A program made the position numbers and the translations under genes. Shown piece after piece: positions 29,287-40,976 of a DNA stretch of 64,000 nucleotides; the first letter of the stretch is position 1; the number at the start of each line of letters is the position of its first letter. Location of the stretch: the NCBI GenBank assembly GCA_025800285.1, contig JAOXRX010000062.1:2346-66345 (forward strand). Direction: 5' to 3'. The DNA is from Alphaproteobacteria bacterium. GTDB taxonomy: Bacteria; Pseudomonadota; Alphaproteobacteria; JAOXRX01. The notes under the pieces were generated by a model. It saw only the letters and a list, made by a program, of their open reading frames with translations. It did no database searches and was not told the DNA's origin.

Positions 29287-31905
29287 TTAATTTTTTGCTA
29301 ATTCAACTAATTTATACAACTGATCTAGAGCTTCTCTTGGAGATAAATCATCAACTTTTATCTCATTTAGAGCATCTACTACTGGATGATTATCCATAAT
29401 TTCAGGAGCTGATGAAAATAATGGTAAATCATCTTCTAATCTTTCAATAGCTCCAGATCTTTCATCCTTTTCAAGCACCTTAAGAACATCTTTTGCTCTT
29501 TGAATTACAGATTTAGGAACTCCAGCTAATTGAGCAACATGAATACCAAATGAGCCTTTTGCTTCTCCTGCAACGACAGAATGTAAGAATATGACATTTT
29601 CTTCCCACTCTTTTACATCCATTGTATGACATGAAAGTTTATTTAGTTGACCTTTTAAATATGTCAATTCATGATAATGAGTAGCAAATAATGTTCTACA
29701 ATTTGAAACTTCGTGTAAGTATTCAACACATGCCCAAGCTATAGCTAATCCATCAAAAGTAGCTGTCCCTCGACCTATTTCATCTAAGATTACAAAAGAT
29801 CTATTCGTTGCTCTGTTTAAAATAGCTGCAGTCTCTACCATTTCAACCATGAATGTTGATTTACCTTTTGATAAATCATCTGAGGCTCCAACTCTAGAAA
29901 AGACTTTGTCAACTATACCAATAGTTGCACTCTCTGCTGGCAAATACAAACCAGCTTGAGCCATAATAACAAGTATTGCATTTTGTCTTAAGAAAGTAGA
30001 TTTACCCGCCATATTAGGACCAGTTAACAACCATAAATTACTGTCCTCTTCCAAGTTACAATCATTAGATATAAAATCTTGATTTTGAGATTTTAAAGAC
30101 TCTTCAACAACAGGATGCCTTGCAGATTTAACATCAAACACATAGTCATCTGTTATAATTGGACGACAATATGAGTTTTCTTTAGCAAAAATTGCAAAAG
30201 ATGATGATAAATCAACTTTAGCAAAAGAATTAGATGCTTTTAAGATATGATCTTTATCTTTTAGAACTCTAGCAACTAACTCATCATAAATTTTAAGCTC
30301 AATTGCTAAAGATTTCTCTTTTGCATCAATAATCTTAGTTTGCAAATCAGAAAGCTCTACAGTGGTAAACCTAACTGCATTAGCCATTGTTTGCCTATGA
30401 ATAAATAATTCATCTTCCATAAGAGCATCAGCATTTTTTGCTGTAACCTCTATAAAATAACCAAGCACATTATTATGCTTTATTTTTAACTTATCAATTT
30501 TAGTTCTTAGAGAATATTGTCTTTGCAAATCATTTATCATAGCTCTGCTTTCATCTCTAAGCCTCACAAGCTCATCAAATCCTGCATCATATCCTTTAGC
30601 AATAAAACCACCATCTCTTGATAACATAGGTAGTTCTGGCTTTAGAGCTCTAGTTAACATATCAATCAATATAGTATGTTGTCCAAAATTTCTTGTTATG
30701 TCAATTAAGCATATTGATTGATCTAGCCCATTATGCATATAATTTTTAACAATAGCTACTTTTTCTAATCCTATTTTTAATGCTTGTAAGTCTCTAGGAC
30801 CTCCTCTACCTACAGCTAATCTACCTATAGCTCTTTCTAAATCTGGCAAGCCTTTTAGAATATCTGTAACTTCATAAGCATATTTCATATTATTCAAGAA
30901 GAAATCTATAACATCAAGCCTATCTCTAATTTCAACTTTATCTATAGATGGATTAGATAATCTTTCTACTAAAAGCCTTGTCCCTACTGCTGTTTTTGTC
31001 TTTTTCAAAGCAGATAACAAAGAGCCTTTATAATTACCAGATAGTGTTTGAGTAATTTCTAAATTTCTTCTTGTTGATGAGTCCATTTCTAAATAACCAC
31101 TAGCAAAAACTTTGCTCGGCTTTGATATATGCTTTGCAGTACCTTTTTGTGTTAGGTTAATATAATCAATTAATACTCCACAAGCTGTGATCTCAGCATT
31201 TGAAAAAGTTCCCAGAGCATCCACATCTGATATGCTATAGTATTCTAATAAATTCTTTTTGGCATTTAAGAACTCGAACCTTGCATCACTTTGTACTGTT
31301 ATGTTATCTTTCCAAAAATTAAATGTTTCATATAACTCATCATCTTCATAAATTCTATTAGGCAATAAAATTTCGCTTGGATTAATCCTCGCTAAGTTTG
31401 CATCAATATCTCTTTCATATATATCACAAACAAAAAAATCCCCTGTTGATATATCCATCCATGCACAAGCATATTCAGAGTTATTTAAACAAACAATACT
31501 TGCTAAATAGTTATTACTATCAGAGTTTAATAGATTATCCTCTGTAATAGTCCCTGGAGTAACAATTCTGACAACATCTCTTTTAACAATAGCTGAAGAG
31601 CCTCTTTTTTTAGCCTCTGCCACTGATTCAACCTGCTCACATATTGCAACTTTATAACCATGCTTTGTTAATTTAGCTAAATAACTTTCATAAGCATGGA
31701 ACGGTACTCCACACATTGGTATATCTTGTCCATCTGTTTTGCCTCTTTTTGTTAAAGTAATATCTAGCACTTTAGATGCTATTATTGCATCGTCCATAAA
31801 TAATTCGTAAAAATCACCCATTCTATAAAAAAGCAGACAATCTTCATGTCTCTCTTTTACTTCTAAATACTGAGCCATCATTGGAGTTAGTTTTTTAGTA
31901 GCCAT
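29287..31905 (-). CDS. mutS: DNA mismatch repair protein MutS.
   Basis: 872 aa. Walker [10 protein letters not shown]. MutS domains I-V are recognisable. Confidence 0.95.
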   Translation of the reverse strand: MATKKLTPMMAQYLEVKERHEDCLLFYRMGDFYELFMDDAIIASKVLDITLTKRGKTDGQDIPMCGVPFHAYESYLAKLTKHGYKVAICEQVESVAEAKKRGSSAIVKRDVVRIVTPGTITEDNLLNSDSNNYLASIVCLNNSEYACAWMDISTGDFFVCDIYERDIDANLARINPSEILLPNRIYEDDELYETFNFWKDNITVQSDARFEFLNAKKNLLEYYSISDVDALGTFSNAEITACGVLIDYINLTQKGTAKHISKPSKVFASGYLEMDSSTRRNLEITQTLSGNYKGSLLSALKKTKTAVGTRLLVERLSNPSIDKVEIRDRLDVIDFFLNNMKYAYEVTDILKGLPDLERAIGRLAVGRGGPRDLQALKIGLEKVAIVKNYMHNGLDQSICLIDITRNFGQHTILIDMLTRALKPELPMLSRDGGFIAKGYDAGFDELVRLRDESRAMINDLQRQYSLRTKIDKLKIKHNNVLGYFIEVTAKNADALMEDELFIHRQTMANAVRFTTVELSDLQTKIIDAKEKSLAIELKIYDELVARVLKDKDHILKASNSFAKVDLSSSFAIFAKENSYCRPIITDDYVFDVKSARHPVVEESLKSQNQDFISNDCNLEEDSNLWLLTGPNMAGKSTFLRQNAILVIMAQAGLYLPAESATIGIVDKVFSRVGASDDLSKGKSTFMVEMVETAAILNRATNRSFVILDEIGRGTATFDGLAIAWACVEYLHEVSNCRTLFATHYHELTYLKGQLNKLSCHTMDVKEWEENVIFLHSVVAGEAKGSFGIHVAQLAGVPKSVIQRAKDVLKVLEKDERSGAIERLEDDLPLFSSAPEIMDNHPVVDALNEIKVDDLSPREALDQLYKLVELAKN

Positions 31906-31908
31906 ATT

Positions 31909-32346
31909 TTAATTTAACTCTTCCTCTTTTGTATCCTCAACCTCAAAATCAAATGTAGTAGCTATATACTTAATAGTATCTAGCATTTTCTTTCTAAGAT
32001 TAGGATCTAAAATTTTTCTATATGCTTTCACTAGATCTAAAGCTTCTCTATTCATAACTTCATTTTCATCACAATCATAACTGTCATTATCATCACACAG
32101 CCTTCTTTTATTGTAATTTCTTGGTAAATCTTTGAAAAAGAAAGAAACTGTAGTATCTAACATAACAGACATTTCATAAAGTCTGCTTGCTCCTATTCTG
32201 TTTTTACCTGTTTCATACTTCTGAACTTGTTGAAAAGTTATTCCTAAATAGCTAGCTAATTCCGACTGAGAAATACCTAGACTAACTCTTCTTTTTCTAA
32301 TATTTTGCCCAACATGTATATCAATTGGATGAGCTTCTGTAGTCAT
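31909..32346 (-). CDS. XRE-family helix-turn-helix transcriptional regulator.
   Basis: HTH region GISQSELASYLGITFQQVQKYETGKNRIGASRL. Lies 3 nt upstream of mutS. Confidence 0.75.
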   Translation of the reverse strand: MTTEAHPIDIHVGQNIRKRRVSLGISQSELASYLGITFQQVQKYETGKNRIGASRLYEMSVMLDTTVSFFFKDLPRNYNKRRLCDDNDSYDCDENEVMNREALDLVKAYRKILDPNLRKKMLDTIKYIATTFDFEVEDTKEEELN

Positions 32347-32464
32347 ATTTTTACTCCTTAAAATACAATTATAAGTTTAGTTACTCAATATTATACAACT
32401 ATGAGTTAAATTGCAAGAATATTTTTCTCTTGTTTTTTCAAATAATAAGTGTTAATTCTGTTTT

Positions 32465-34459
32465 ATGGTATCATTAAACAAAATAAAAACTTTAAGAGGT
32501 GAGACTTCTCCTTTAGGAGCAAGCATAAAAAGGAATGGTGTTAACTTTTCTATAGCTTCAAAAACAGCTCAAGAAGTGTATTTATGCTTATTCTCGGAAG
32601 AGAAAGAAACTCATAAGATTAAGCTCCATAAAACAGGTCATGTATTTCATATATTTGTAGAAGGCATTAAAGCTGGTCAGTTATATGGATACAGAGCAAA
32701 AGGTCAATATTTACCTGAAAAAGGATTAAGATTTAACTTTAATAAATTACTTATAGACCCATATGCAAAAGAGCTATATGGAGAGATAGTTCATACTCCT
32801 GATAATAAGGATAACAATGATACAGATAATAAAAACAATATACCTAAATCTGTAGTTATTGATACAAATTTTGATTGGGAAGAAGTTTTAAAACCTCAAA
32901 CACCATTAAAAGATACAATAATATATGAATCTCATATTAAAGGCATGACAATGCTACATCCAGATGTTCCTAAAGAACACAAAGGAAAGTTTTTAGGAAT
33001 GTGTCATGACTCTATTATAAAACACCTTAAGGATCTTGGAATAACAGCTATAGAGGTTATGCCTATACAAAAATTTATATCAGAAGAATTTCTCATAGAC
33101 AAAAAACTATCTAATTATTGGGGATACAGTCCTCTTAACTACTTCTCCATACATAATGATTACGGAACACTAAATGAGTTTAAGTATATGGTAAAGAAAT
33201 ATCATGAAAATGGCTTAGAAGTAATAATGGATGTAGTTTACAATCATACATGTGAAGGAAATGATGAAGGAGCCACCTACTCTTTTAAAGGTATAGATAA
33301 CCCCTCTTATTATATACTAGCTAAAGATGCTATTGCATGTAATTATGAAAACCATACCGGTTGTGGAAATAGCTTCAATATTGATAGTGAAATAGGCTTA
33401 AAAATAGTTATTGATAGTATTTTATACTTTTCAGAAGAATGCAAAATAGATGGTTTTAGATTTGATTTAGCTACTACTTTATTAAGAGATTTAGGAACCC
33501 TTGATAAATCTAGACTCTTAACAGAAATTGCGAGCAATAAAAAACTAGCTAATTTAAAGCTTATAGCGGAGCCTTGGGACATAGGACCTAACGGGTATCA
33601 ACTAGGTAGATTTAAGAGTAAATTCTGCGAATGGAACGACTCATTCAGAAACGGTGCTAGAGCATTCTGGAAAGGTGATGAATGCGAGGTAAAAAACTTT
33701 GCTAAAAACATTTCAGGTAGCGAAAATATCTTTAAAAATCATGAGCATGGAGCATTGTCTTCAATTAACTTTATAACTTCACATGATGGTTTTACTCTTG
33801 AGGATTTAGTATCGTACAACGATAAACATAATGATGCAAACCTTGAAGAAAATCGCGATGGAAATAACTATAACCTATCATGCAATTATGGAATAGAAGG
33901 CAAGACTTCTAATAAAGAAATAAATAAGTTAAGGCTTAGACAAAAGAAGAATTTAATAACTACAAACATACTATCAAAAGGTGTCCCTATGATACTCTCT
34001 GGAGATGAAGTTGGGAACTCTCAATCAGGAAATAACAATGCTTATTGTCAAGATAATGCAATTGGATGGATAAATTGGGATGAAGTTAAAAAACAAGATT
34101 GCGAATTTTATAATTTTATTAAAAATATAATAAAATTCAGAAAAATAAATGGAAAATTAATAAACAACGACTTTCTAACACCAAATAATGCTAAGTGGTA
34201 TTCATCGACTGGAGATGAAATGACTGATGAATGTTGGGATACACCTTATGTAAAACATCTAAATCTAATAACAGATAATAAGTTTATATTTTTATTCAAT
34301 TCTCATACAGAAGATATTGAATTTAAACTACCTTATACAGTATCAGGCAAGATTATACTAGATACCTATTCAAAAGATAGTTTCAATAAAAAAATATTAA
34401 ACATATCATCTTCTGTATTAGTAAGAAATAGAAGTATCGTAGTAATAAAAATTAAATAG
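32465..34459 (+). CDS. glgX: Glycogen debranching enzyme (GH13, GlgX/isoamylase-type).
   Basis: N-terminal CBM48-like region plus a GH13 catalytic core (GFRFDLA, EPWD motifs). Confidence 0.85.
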   Translation: MVSLNKIKTLRGETSPLGASIKRNGVNFSIASKTAQEVYLCLFSEEKETHKIKLHKTGHVFHIFVEGIKAGQLYGYRAKGQYLPEKGLRFNFNKLLIDPYAKELYGEIVHTPDNKDNNDTDNKNNIPKSVVIDTNFDWEEVLKPQTPLKDTIIYESHIKGMTMLHPDVPKEHKGKFLGMCHDSIIKHLKDLGITAIEVMPIQKFISEEFLIDKKLSNYWGYSPLNYFSIHNDYGTLNEFKYMVKKYHENGLEVIMDVVYNHTCEGNDEGATYSFKGIDNPSYYILAKDAIACNYENHTGCGNSFNIDSEIGLKIVIDSILYFSEECKIDGFRFDLATTLLRDLGTLDKSRLLTEIASNKKLANLKLIAEPWDIGPNGYQLGRFKSKFCEWNDSFRNGARAFWKGDECEVKNFAKNISGSENIFKNHEHGALSSINFITSHDGFTLEDLVSYNDKHNDANLEENRDGNNYNLSCNYGIEGKTSNKEINKLRLRQKKNLITTNILSKGVPMILSGDEVGNSQSGNNNAYCQDNAIGWINWDEVKKQDCEFYNFIKNIIKFRKINGKLINNDFLTPNNAKWYSSTGDEMTDECWDTPYVKHLNLITDNKFIFLFNSHTEDIEFKLPYTVSGKIILDTYSKDSFNKKILNISSSVLVRNRSIVVIKIK

Positions 34460-34470
34460 GAGAATATATA

Positions 34471-36468
34471 ATGAGTAATGAAAAAGATATGAAAACAGCT
34501 TTTGATTTTTTTAATATAGATTCTGATTACTATGATGCAATGGGGGGGCATCATACTTTGAGTCATGATTATAAAGTTAAATTTTTAAATATTTTTGGTT
34601 TAAAAGAAAATAATATTCAGGAAGAGTTAGAGAAACTACAAAACAAGGTTTGGCTTACCCCTCTTGAGCCAATATATGTAATAAGAGAAAACAAATCAGA
34701 GTTTAGAATCTACTTTTATGAAAAAGTAAATTTCGACTATAATCAAGCACAGCTTTATATCAACAAGACTCCCTACCCTGTAAGCTGGCCAGGCAAAAGC
34801 TCTGAATATAGGCTAATTGGCAAAGATATATACCATAAGCACTATTTTGATATTCCTCATTTAGATATAGGATACCACTCTATAGAACTAGTTATAAATA
34901 ATAAAAAACATAAATCAACATTGGTGATAGCTCCAGAGTTTAGCTATTTACCAGAAGATATAGAAAATGGTAAAAATATAGGAATAGCTTGTCATTTATA
35001 TTCTTTACACTCTAAGAATTCTCAAGGTATTGGAGATTTTTCAGACTTAAGCAAAATCTTAAAGAAAACAAAAATCGCTGGAGGAAACATATTATTAACT
35101 CAACCAAGTCATTATACATCCATTTTAACAGATGACAATCAAAGTCCCTACTATCCTTTAAGCAGATTATTTTTAAACCCTTTATATATTGATTTAAAGC
35201 AATTAGGGATAAAAATAAAAAACAACCTTAATTTAGGAAGCTATGTAGATTATAATCAGGTTATAGAATATAAAATTCCACTTTTAAAAAAATACTTTAA
35301 AAAATTCACTTCAGATAAATCTTTTATTCAGTTCAAAAAGAGTAATAAAATGCTAGAAAGTTTTGCTTGTTTTTGTACATTATATGAAAAACATGACAAA
35401 ATATCTTGGAGAGACTGGCCTAAAGAGTATCAAAAGCCCAATACTAAAGCTATAAAAGAGTTTATATCAAAAAACAAATCAGAAATAGATTTTCATAAGT
35501 TTTTACAATATATAGCTTCTCAGCAGTTAGAAGATAATTATAAATTAACTCAAGAGTTAAACATGAGTATTGGTTTGTGTAATGATTTAGCTCTAGGAGC
35601 TGGACATCATAGCTTTGAAGCCTGGTATTACTCTAAGAGTTTTGTTTTTAATGCAGAAGTCGGAGCTCCGCCAGATGAAATGAATATACAAGGACAAAGT
35701 TGGGGCTTCCCTCCTTATAACCCCATTGAACTAAGAAAATCTGCTTATAAAGTATATATAGATTTACTTAAAAAGAACATGAAACATTTTGGAGCAATAA
35801 GAATAGATCATGCAATGCATATTCTGAGATTATATTGGAACATTAGTAAAAAGCATAATGATATGATAGGCTCTTATGTGTATTATAATATTGATGAGAT
35901 TCTAGGTATAATAGCTTTAGAAAGCCACCTGAACAAATGTATTGTAATAGCAGAAGACTTAGGAACTGTAGCAGAAGGTTTTAGAGAAAGGTTAAAAGAA
36001 GAAAAGATATTAACAACTAAAGAGTTATATTTTGAATTGGATGAAAATAGAGATTTCAAAAATCCAGAAGAAGAATATGAAAAATTATCAATATCTACAA
36101 TACATACTCACGATACAGCAACTGTTGAAGGCTATATAAGAAATCATGATTTAGATATTCAGTATAATTTAGGAATTTTAAACAAATCACAATATAAGTC
36201 AGAGAAACTAGCAAGACAAACAGCAATTAAACACTTGTTAGAAAAGCATAATACAAATGACAAAAAAGAATTAAAATCTATCTTTAATAATATGATAATA
36301 AATTCAAAATCATGCATTAGCTTACTATACATTGATGATTTTACAGATGAACTAGAACAGTTAAATTTACCGGGAACAACTCATGAACATAGGAATTGGA
36401 GTCATAAGTTAAGCAAGTCTTTAGAAGAAATTGAGATAAAATTTGAAAAAAAGCTTGATAAATTTTAA
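34471..36468 (+). CDS. malQ: 4-alpha-glucanotransferase (amylomaltase, GH77) with an N-terminal extension.
   Basis: GH77 motifs in the C-terminal 500 aa (RIDHAMHILRLYW, EDLGTV). Confidence 0.8.
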   Translation: MSNEKDMKTAFDFFNIDSDYYDAMGGHHTLSHDYKVKFLNIFGLKENNIQEELEKLQNKVWLTPLEPIYVIRENKSEFRIYFYEKVNFDYNQAQLYINKTPYPVSWPGKSSEYRLIGKDIYHKHYFDIPHLDIGYHSIELVINNKKHKSTLVIAPEFSYLPEDIENGKNIGIACHLYSLHSKNSQGIGDFSDLSKILKKTKIAGGNILLTQPSHYTSILTDDNQSPYYPLSRLFLNPLYIDLKQLGIKIKNNLNLGSYVDYNQVIEYKIPLLKKYFKKFTSDKSFIQFKKSNKMLESFACFCTLYEKHDKISWRDWPKEYQKPNTKAIKEFISKNKSEIDFHKFLQYIASQQLEDNYKLTQELNMSIGLCNDLALGAGHHSFEAWYYSKSFVFNAEVGAPPDEMNIQGQSWGFPPYNPIELRKSAYKVYIDLLKKNMKHFGAIRIDHAMHILRLYWNISKKHNDMIGSYVYYNIDEILGIIALESHLNKCIVIAEDLGTVAEGFRERLKEEKILTTKELYFELDENRDFKNPEEEYEKLSISTIHTHDTATVEGYIRNHDLDIQYNLGILNKSQYKSEKLARQTAIKHLLEKHNTNDKKELKSIFNNMIINSKSCISLLYIDDFTDELEQLNLPGTTHEHRNWSHKLSKSLEEIEIKFEKKLDKF

Positions 36469-36499
36469 AATATAAGGTATAAAATAGTTCTTGAAAAAA

Positions 36500-36573
36500 G
36501 GCGCGGTGGCGGAGAGGCTACGCAGAGGTCTGCAAAACCTTGTACACCGGTTCGAGTCCGGTCCGCGCCTCCA
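36500..36573 (+). tRNA. tRNA-Cys (GCA).
   Basis: 74-nt cloverleaf: GGCGCGG acceptor stem, anticodon loop cuGCAaa, T-arm GGTTCGAGTCC, and an encoded CCA. Confidence 0.9.
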
Positions 36574-36827
36574 TAAAAAAGCAACCCTTTTGGGTTGTTT
36601 TTTTGTGGTCTGGTCGGTCGTGACGAGAACCGCAGGTTCGACAATTGTTCTTCATTTCGCAGGACAGAGTCCGCACGAAATGTTAGAAATTGCAACTTTT
36701 AGAAATGCGAAGCATTGAATAAAAGAAGTCCTAGGTCCGCACCTCCATAAAAAAGCAACCCTTTTGGGTTGTTTTTTTTGTGGTCTGGTCGGTCGTGACG
36801 AGAACCGCAGGTTCGACAATTGTTCTT
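36560..36827 (+). repeat. 93/94-bp direct repeat (36560-36652 and 36734-36827). It comprises the last 14 nt of tRNA-Cys, a terminator hairpin (gcaaccc-tttt-gggttg) and about 55 nt downstream. The copies lie about 80 bp apart.
   Basis: The copies differ at only 2 positions (gcgcc versus gcacc, and one extra T). Confidence 0.8.
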
Positions 36828-36899
36828 GATTTTAAAAATATATTAGTCTATAAATTATATTAATAATTAAAAACTTAATTAATGTATAGGTAAAACACA

Positions 36900-38159
36900 A
36901 TGCTTCCACAAGAAATTATAATAAAGAAAAGAAAAAAACAAAAACTCTCAAAAGAAGATATACAAGAATTTATAGATGATATAATATCAAATACAGCTGA
37001 CGATGCTCAGATAGCGGCATTTACCATGGAAGTATTATTAAACAAGCTTTCAAAAGAAGAAAGAGTTAATTTAACCATGGCAATGGCTAACTCTGGTAAA
37101 GTTTTAAGCTATAAAGATTTAAATTTGAAAAAACCAATTATAGACAAGCACTCTACAGGTGGAGTTGGAGATAAAGTATCACTAATGTTAGCTCCTATAG
37201 TTGCATGTTTAGGAATATGCAACCCTATGATTGCTGGCAGAGGCTTAGGTCATACCGGAGGAACTATAGATAAACTAGAATCAATTCCAGGATATAACTG
37301 CTACCCTAATGAGAAACAATTTAAAAAAGTAATAAAGAATGTCGGTTGTGGAATCATGGGAGCAACAAAAGATATAGCTCCTGCAGATAAAAAAATGTAT
37401 GCAATAAGAGATATCTCTGGAACAGTTGAGTCTATGGACTTAATAACCGCATCTATATTATCTAAAAAACTTGCTGCCGGATTAGAAGGCTTAGTTATGG
37501 ATGTCAAATTTGGCAATGGAGCTTTTATGGAAAATAAAAGAAAAGCAAAAAAGCTTGCTAAATATATAGAGTCTGTAGGAAAAGGAGCAAATCTAAAAAT
37601 AAAAGCTATACTAACAGATATGAATTCAGTATTAGGGAGAAATGTCGGAAACTCTCTTGAAGTAATTGAGGCAATTGATTTCTTAGAAGGGAATTATGAT
37701 AAAAAGTTATATAAAGTAACTGAGAAACTAGCTGTAGAAATGTTGCTATTAGGTAACATTTATAAAAATAGAAAGCATGCTAAAGAAGCAATTTATAAAG
37801 TAATTCACAATGGCGAAGCATTAAATAAGTTCCAAGAAATGGTTTCTGCCATGGGAGGACCCAAAAACCTATCTAAAAAAGATTTAAAAATAGCTAAATA
37901 TAAAAAAGATATATACCCTCAAAAAACAGGTAGAGTTAAAAAAATAGATACTCATGCAATAGGAATTGCTTTAATAGAGTTAGGTGGCGGAAGAACAGAT
38001 CCAGAACAAGATATAGACTCTTCTGTTGGGTTTGAAAACTTTTGCCAAATTGGAGAAAAAATAGGTAAAAACATAAAACCAATAGCTACTATTTATGCAA
38101 ATAAAAAAGAGGATATCAACAAAATTTCAAAGACATTAATACTAAGTGTAAAAAATTAA
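36900..38159 (+). CDS. deoA: Thymidine / pyrimidine-nucleoside phosphorylase.
   Basis: Motifs DKHSTGGVGDKVS and TGRGLGHTGGT, 419 aa. Confidence 0.85.
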   Translation: MLPQEIIIKKRKKQKLSKEDIQEFIDDIISNTADDAQIAAFTMEVLLNKLSKEERVNLTMAMANSGKVLSYKDLNLKKPIIDKHSTGGVGDKVSLMLAPIVACLGICNPMIAGRGLGHTGGTIDKLESIPGYNCYPNEKQFKKVIKNVGCGIMGATKDIAPADKKMYAIRDISGTVESMDLITASILSKKLAAGLEGLVMDVKFGNGAFMENKRKAKKLAKYIESVGKGANLKIKAILTDMNSVLGRNVGNSLEVIEAIDFLEGNYDKKLYKVTEKLAVEMLLLGNIYKNRKHAKEAIYKVIHNGEALNKFQEMVSAMGGPKNLSKKDLKIAKYKKDIYPQKTGRVKKIDTHAIGIALIELGGGRTDPEQDIDSSVGFENFCQIGEKIGKNIKPIATIYANKKEDINKISKTLILSVKN

Positions 38160-38220
38160 AACTTTTATTGCTTTCCTCTTGTTTTTATGATATATTATTT
38201 CTTTAAATAAAGGATGTAAT

Positions 38221-38799
38221 ATGTCAAAAAACAAAATGATTCAAAATGTAAGAAGAAGGTTAAACCGAATTCATATATTATCTGATGATAGAGAAAAAAT
38301 GAGTGGAATACACGATTTGAAAAAATCTATAGATGAGCAAATAGAAAATCAAAGCAAAGCTTTTCAAGCACACTTAGCAAAAACTTTAATCAACAATGGT
38401 GTAAAAATGAATTACTTTGCTGATACTTTTTTGAAAAATTCATATCCTAGACTAATACCGGATTTAATAGATACTCTTAATCAATGTGATGACTTTAAGG
38501 TAAATGAAATAGCAGATTTAGCTATTGAGCTTACAGAATCTGATGTTCTAATAGAAACTTTTATGGAACTAATGAATTGTGAAGATTTTAAAATAAATGA
38601 TTATGCGGAAAAAGCTATGAAAAAATGCTCATCACCTGTTGAACTATATTTTTTAGTTTCTATTATGGAAAGAGATAGTGAATTTGATAAAAACAAGTTT
38701 CACGATATAGCTGAAGAAATTACTTCAGATGGAAGGAGAAAGAAATTAAAGAGATCTAAGCAAACTGATACTAAGAAAATAATAACCTGTAGTTATTAA
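38221..38799 (+). CDS. Hypothetical protein, 192 aa. Terminator hairpin (agagata/tatctct plus T8) at 38810-38838.
   Basis: ORF with a downstream terminator. No family recognised. Confidence 0.45.
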   Translation: MSKNKMIQNVRRRLNRIHILSDDREKMSGIHDLKKSIDEQIENQSKAFQAHLAKTLINNGVKMNYFADTFLKNSYPRLIPDLIDTLNQCDDFKVNEIADLAIELTESDVLIETFMELMNCEDFKINDYAEKAMKKCSSPVELYFLVSIMERDSEFDKNKFHDIAEEITSDGRRKKLKRSKQTDTKKIITCSY

Positions 38800-38938
38800 T
38801 TATAAAAAAGAGATATAAATTTATCTCTTTTTTTTATTTATTGAATTAATTGAAAAAAACACAATTTTTATGTTGATAAAAATTTAACTTTTATGTATAA
38901 GATAACTATATACATAAAATTAATAAGGAATAAATAAA

Positions 38939-39427
38939 ATGGAAGAAATTGAAGATTTAATGGGATACGGCAAAATGGTTGAAAAATCTTTAAAAGCTGT
39001 TGTTAGAGAAAGTTTGAAAAAGGTTGAAAAAGATGGGCTTATGGGCTCTCATCATTTTTTTATAACTTTTAAAACCAATGCTAAAGATGTTTCAATATCA
39101 GAAACTTTAAAAAACAAGTACCCAGATGAGATGACAATAGTTCTACAACATCAATTTTATGATTTACAAGTTGATGCATCTCAGTTCTCTGTAACTCTAG
39201 GTTTTAACGGAGTAAATGAAACTTTAGTTGTTCCTTTTAATTCTATTGTAGTTTTTGCCGACCCTTCTGTAGAGTTCGTACTACAATTTCAACATCTAAG
39301 TGAAGGTGAAGCTGAAGAAATAATGGGAGAAGCTGAAATAAACAAAGCCTCTCTTTTAGAAGAAGATAACTTCAAGCCTGCAGAGATAGTATCTCTAGAT
39401 TTTAAAAAGAAAAAAGTAAATAAATAA
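38939..39427 (+). CDS. sspB: SspB-like ClpXP adaptor (alphaproteobacterial SspB-alpha type).
   Basis: Conserved block SHHFFITFKT...YPDEMTIVLQHQFYDLQV...FADPSVEFVLQF. Confidence 0.6.
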   Translation: MEEIEDLMGYGKMVEKSLKAVVRESLKKVEKDGLMGSHHFFITFKTNAKDVSISETLKNKYPDEMTIVLQHQFYDLQVDASQFSVTLGFNGVNETLVVPFNSIVVFADPSVEFVLQFQHLSEGEAEEIMGEAEINKASLLEEDNFKPAEIVSLDFKKKKVNK

Positions 39428-39441
39428 AGGAGCGAATTCTA

Positions 39442-40878
39442 ATGAATTCTAGTAAAAATAGAAGTAAAACAACAAAAAGACAAACAAAAATTATAGCAAC
39501 TCTAGGACCATCATCATCTACTTATGAAGAGATTGAAAATATTTTCTTAGCTGGTGCAGATGTTTTCAGATTAAATTTTTCTCATGCAACATATCCAGAA
39601 CACCAACAAAGATATGACTACATAAGACAAATAGAAGAAAAACATAATACTCCAATATGTGTTTTTGCAGATATGCAAGGACCAAAAATAAGAGTTGGAA
39701 CTTTCAAAAATCAGTGTGAGTTATTACAAGTTGGGCAAGAATTTACATTTGATCTAAAAGATGAAGAAGGTGATAACACAAGAGTTAAGCTTCCTCATCC
39801 AGAAATTATTAAAGCTGTAGAAGTTGATACTTGCCTATTAGTTGACGACGGCAATATAAGACTTAAAGTTAAATCAAAAAGTGATACACACTTATTGACA
39901 GAAGTAATTGTAGGCGGAAAAATTTCAGATAAAAAAGGTGTTAATATTCCAGAAACAATAATTCCAGTTAATGCTCTAACAGAAAAAGATAAAAAAGATT
40001 TAGAATATGCTCTTAATATGGGAGTGGATTGGGTAGCTCTTTCTTTTGTTCAAACAAAACAAGATGTAGAATATGCAAAAGAAATCATTAAAGGCAGAGC
40101 TCCAATTATATCAAAAATTGAAAAACCATCTGCATTAACTCATTTAGACGAGATCATAGAAGTATCAGATGGTATTATGCTTGCTCGTGGAGATTTAGGT
40201 GTTGAAATTCCAGCAGAAAATGTTCCTGTAGTTCAAAAGAAAGTGATTACAAAAGCTAGAAAAGCTGGCAAACCTGTTATTGTAGCAACTCAAATGTTAG
40301 AATCAATGACTGAAAGACCAGTACCTACTCGTGCTGAAGCAACTGATGTAGCAACCGCCGTTTATGACGGAGCTGATGCTGTTATGCTATCTGCGGAAAC
40401 AGCTTCTGGTAACTTCCCTACTGATGCAGTACAAATGATGCAAAAAATAGCTAAAAGAGTTGAAACAGATTCTTTATATATGCAAGAACAAAAAGAGCAT
40501 TGTTTAACTCCAGATCACTCTAGAGCAGATGCTATTGCTTTCGCAGCATATCAAACAACTGTAGGATTAAACAGCTCTGTTGTAGCAACATTCACAGTTT
40601 CTGGTTTCACAACACTAAGAATAGCAAGAGAAAGACCTCCTGTGCCTATTATATCAGTAACAACAGATGCTAAAGTTGCTAGAAAACTTATGTTGGTTTA
40701 CGGTGTTCAATCATTTATATTCGATAAAGTTGATAGCTTTAAGAAAATGGAAGAAGAAGCTCTAAAAATTGTTAAGAGATATAAGTATGCAGAAGAAGGA
40801 GAGAATGTTGTTATCACCGCTAGTTACCCTGTAGAAGACACTGGTGAAACAAATATGATGCATATCGTAAATATTTAA
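39442..40878 (+). CDS. pyk: Pyruvate kinase.
   Basis: Motifs KIIATLGPSS and MLARGDLGVEIP, 478 aa. Confidence 0.9.
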   Translation: MNSSKNRSKTTKRQTKIIATLGPSSSTYEEIENIFLAGADVFRLNFSHATYPEHQQRYDYIRQIEEKHNTPICVFADMQGPKIRVGTFKNQCELLQVGQEFTFDLKDEEGDNTRVKLPHPEIIKAVEVDTCLLVDDGNIRLKVKSKSDTHLLTEVIVGGKISDKKGVNIPETIIPVNALTEKDKKDLEYALNMGVDWVALSFVQTKQDVEYAKEIIKGRAPIISKIEKPSALTHLDEIIEVSDGIMLARGDLGVEIPAENVPVVQKKVITKARKAGKPVIVATQMLESMTERPVPTRAEATDVATAVYDGADAVMLSAETASGNFPTDAVQMMQKIAKRVETDSLYMQEQKEHCLTPDHSRADAIAFAAYQTTVGLNSSVVATFTVSGFTTLRIARERPPVPIISVTTDAKVARKLMLVYGVQSFIFDKVDSFKKMEEEALKIVKRYKYAEEGENVVITASYPVEDTGETNMMHIVNI

Positions 40879-40976
40879 TTGTAAAAGAATATTTTTATAC
40901 AAACTAATTAAAACAACATGAGTTTTGTTTTTTAACTGTATGTCAGTTAAAAAATAATAAACAGAAAGGTAAAAAA

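Noticed and set aside
36465-36718. Two overlapping ORFs (76 aa on the minus strand, 75 aa on the plus strand) spanning tRNA-Cys and the direct repeats
   Set aside because: They overlap a bona fide tRNA and a terminator/repeat region. They have no RBS and atypical GC-rich composition, so they are spurious.
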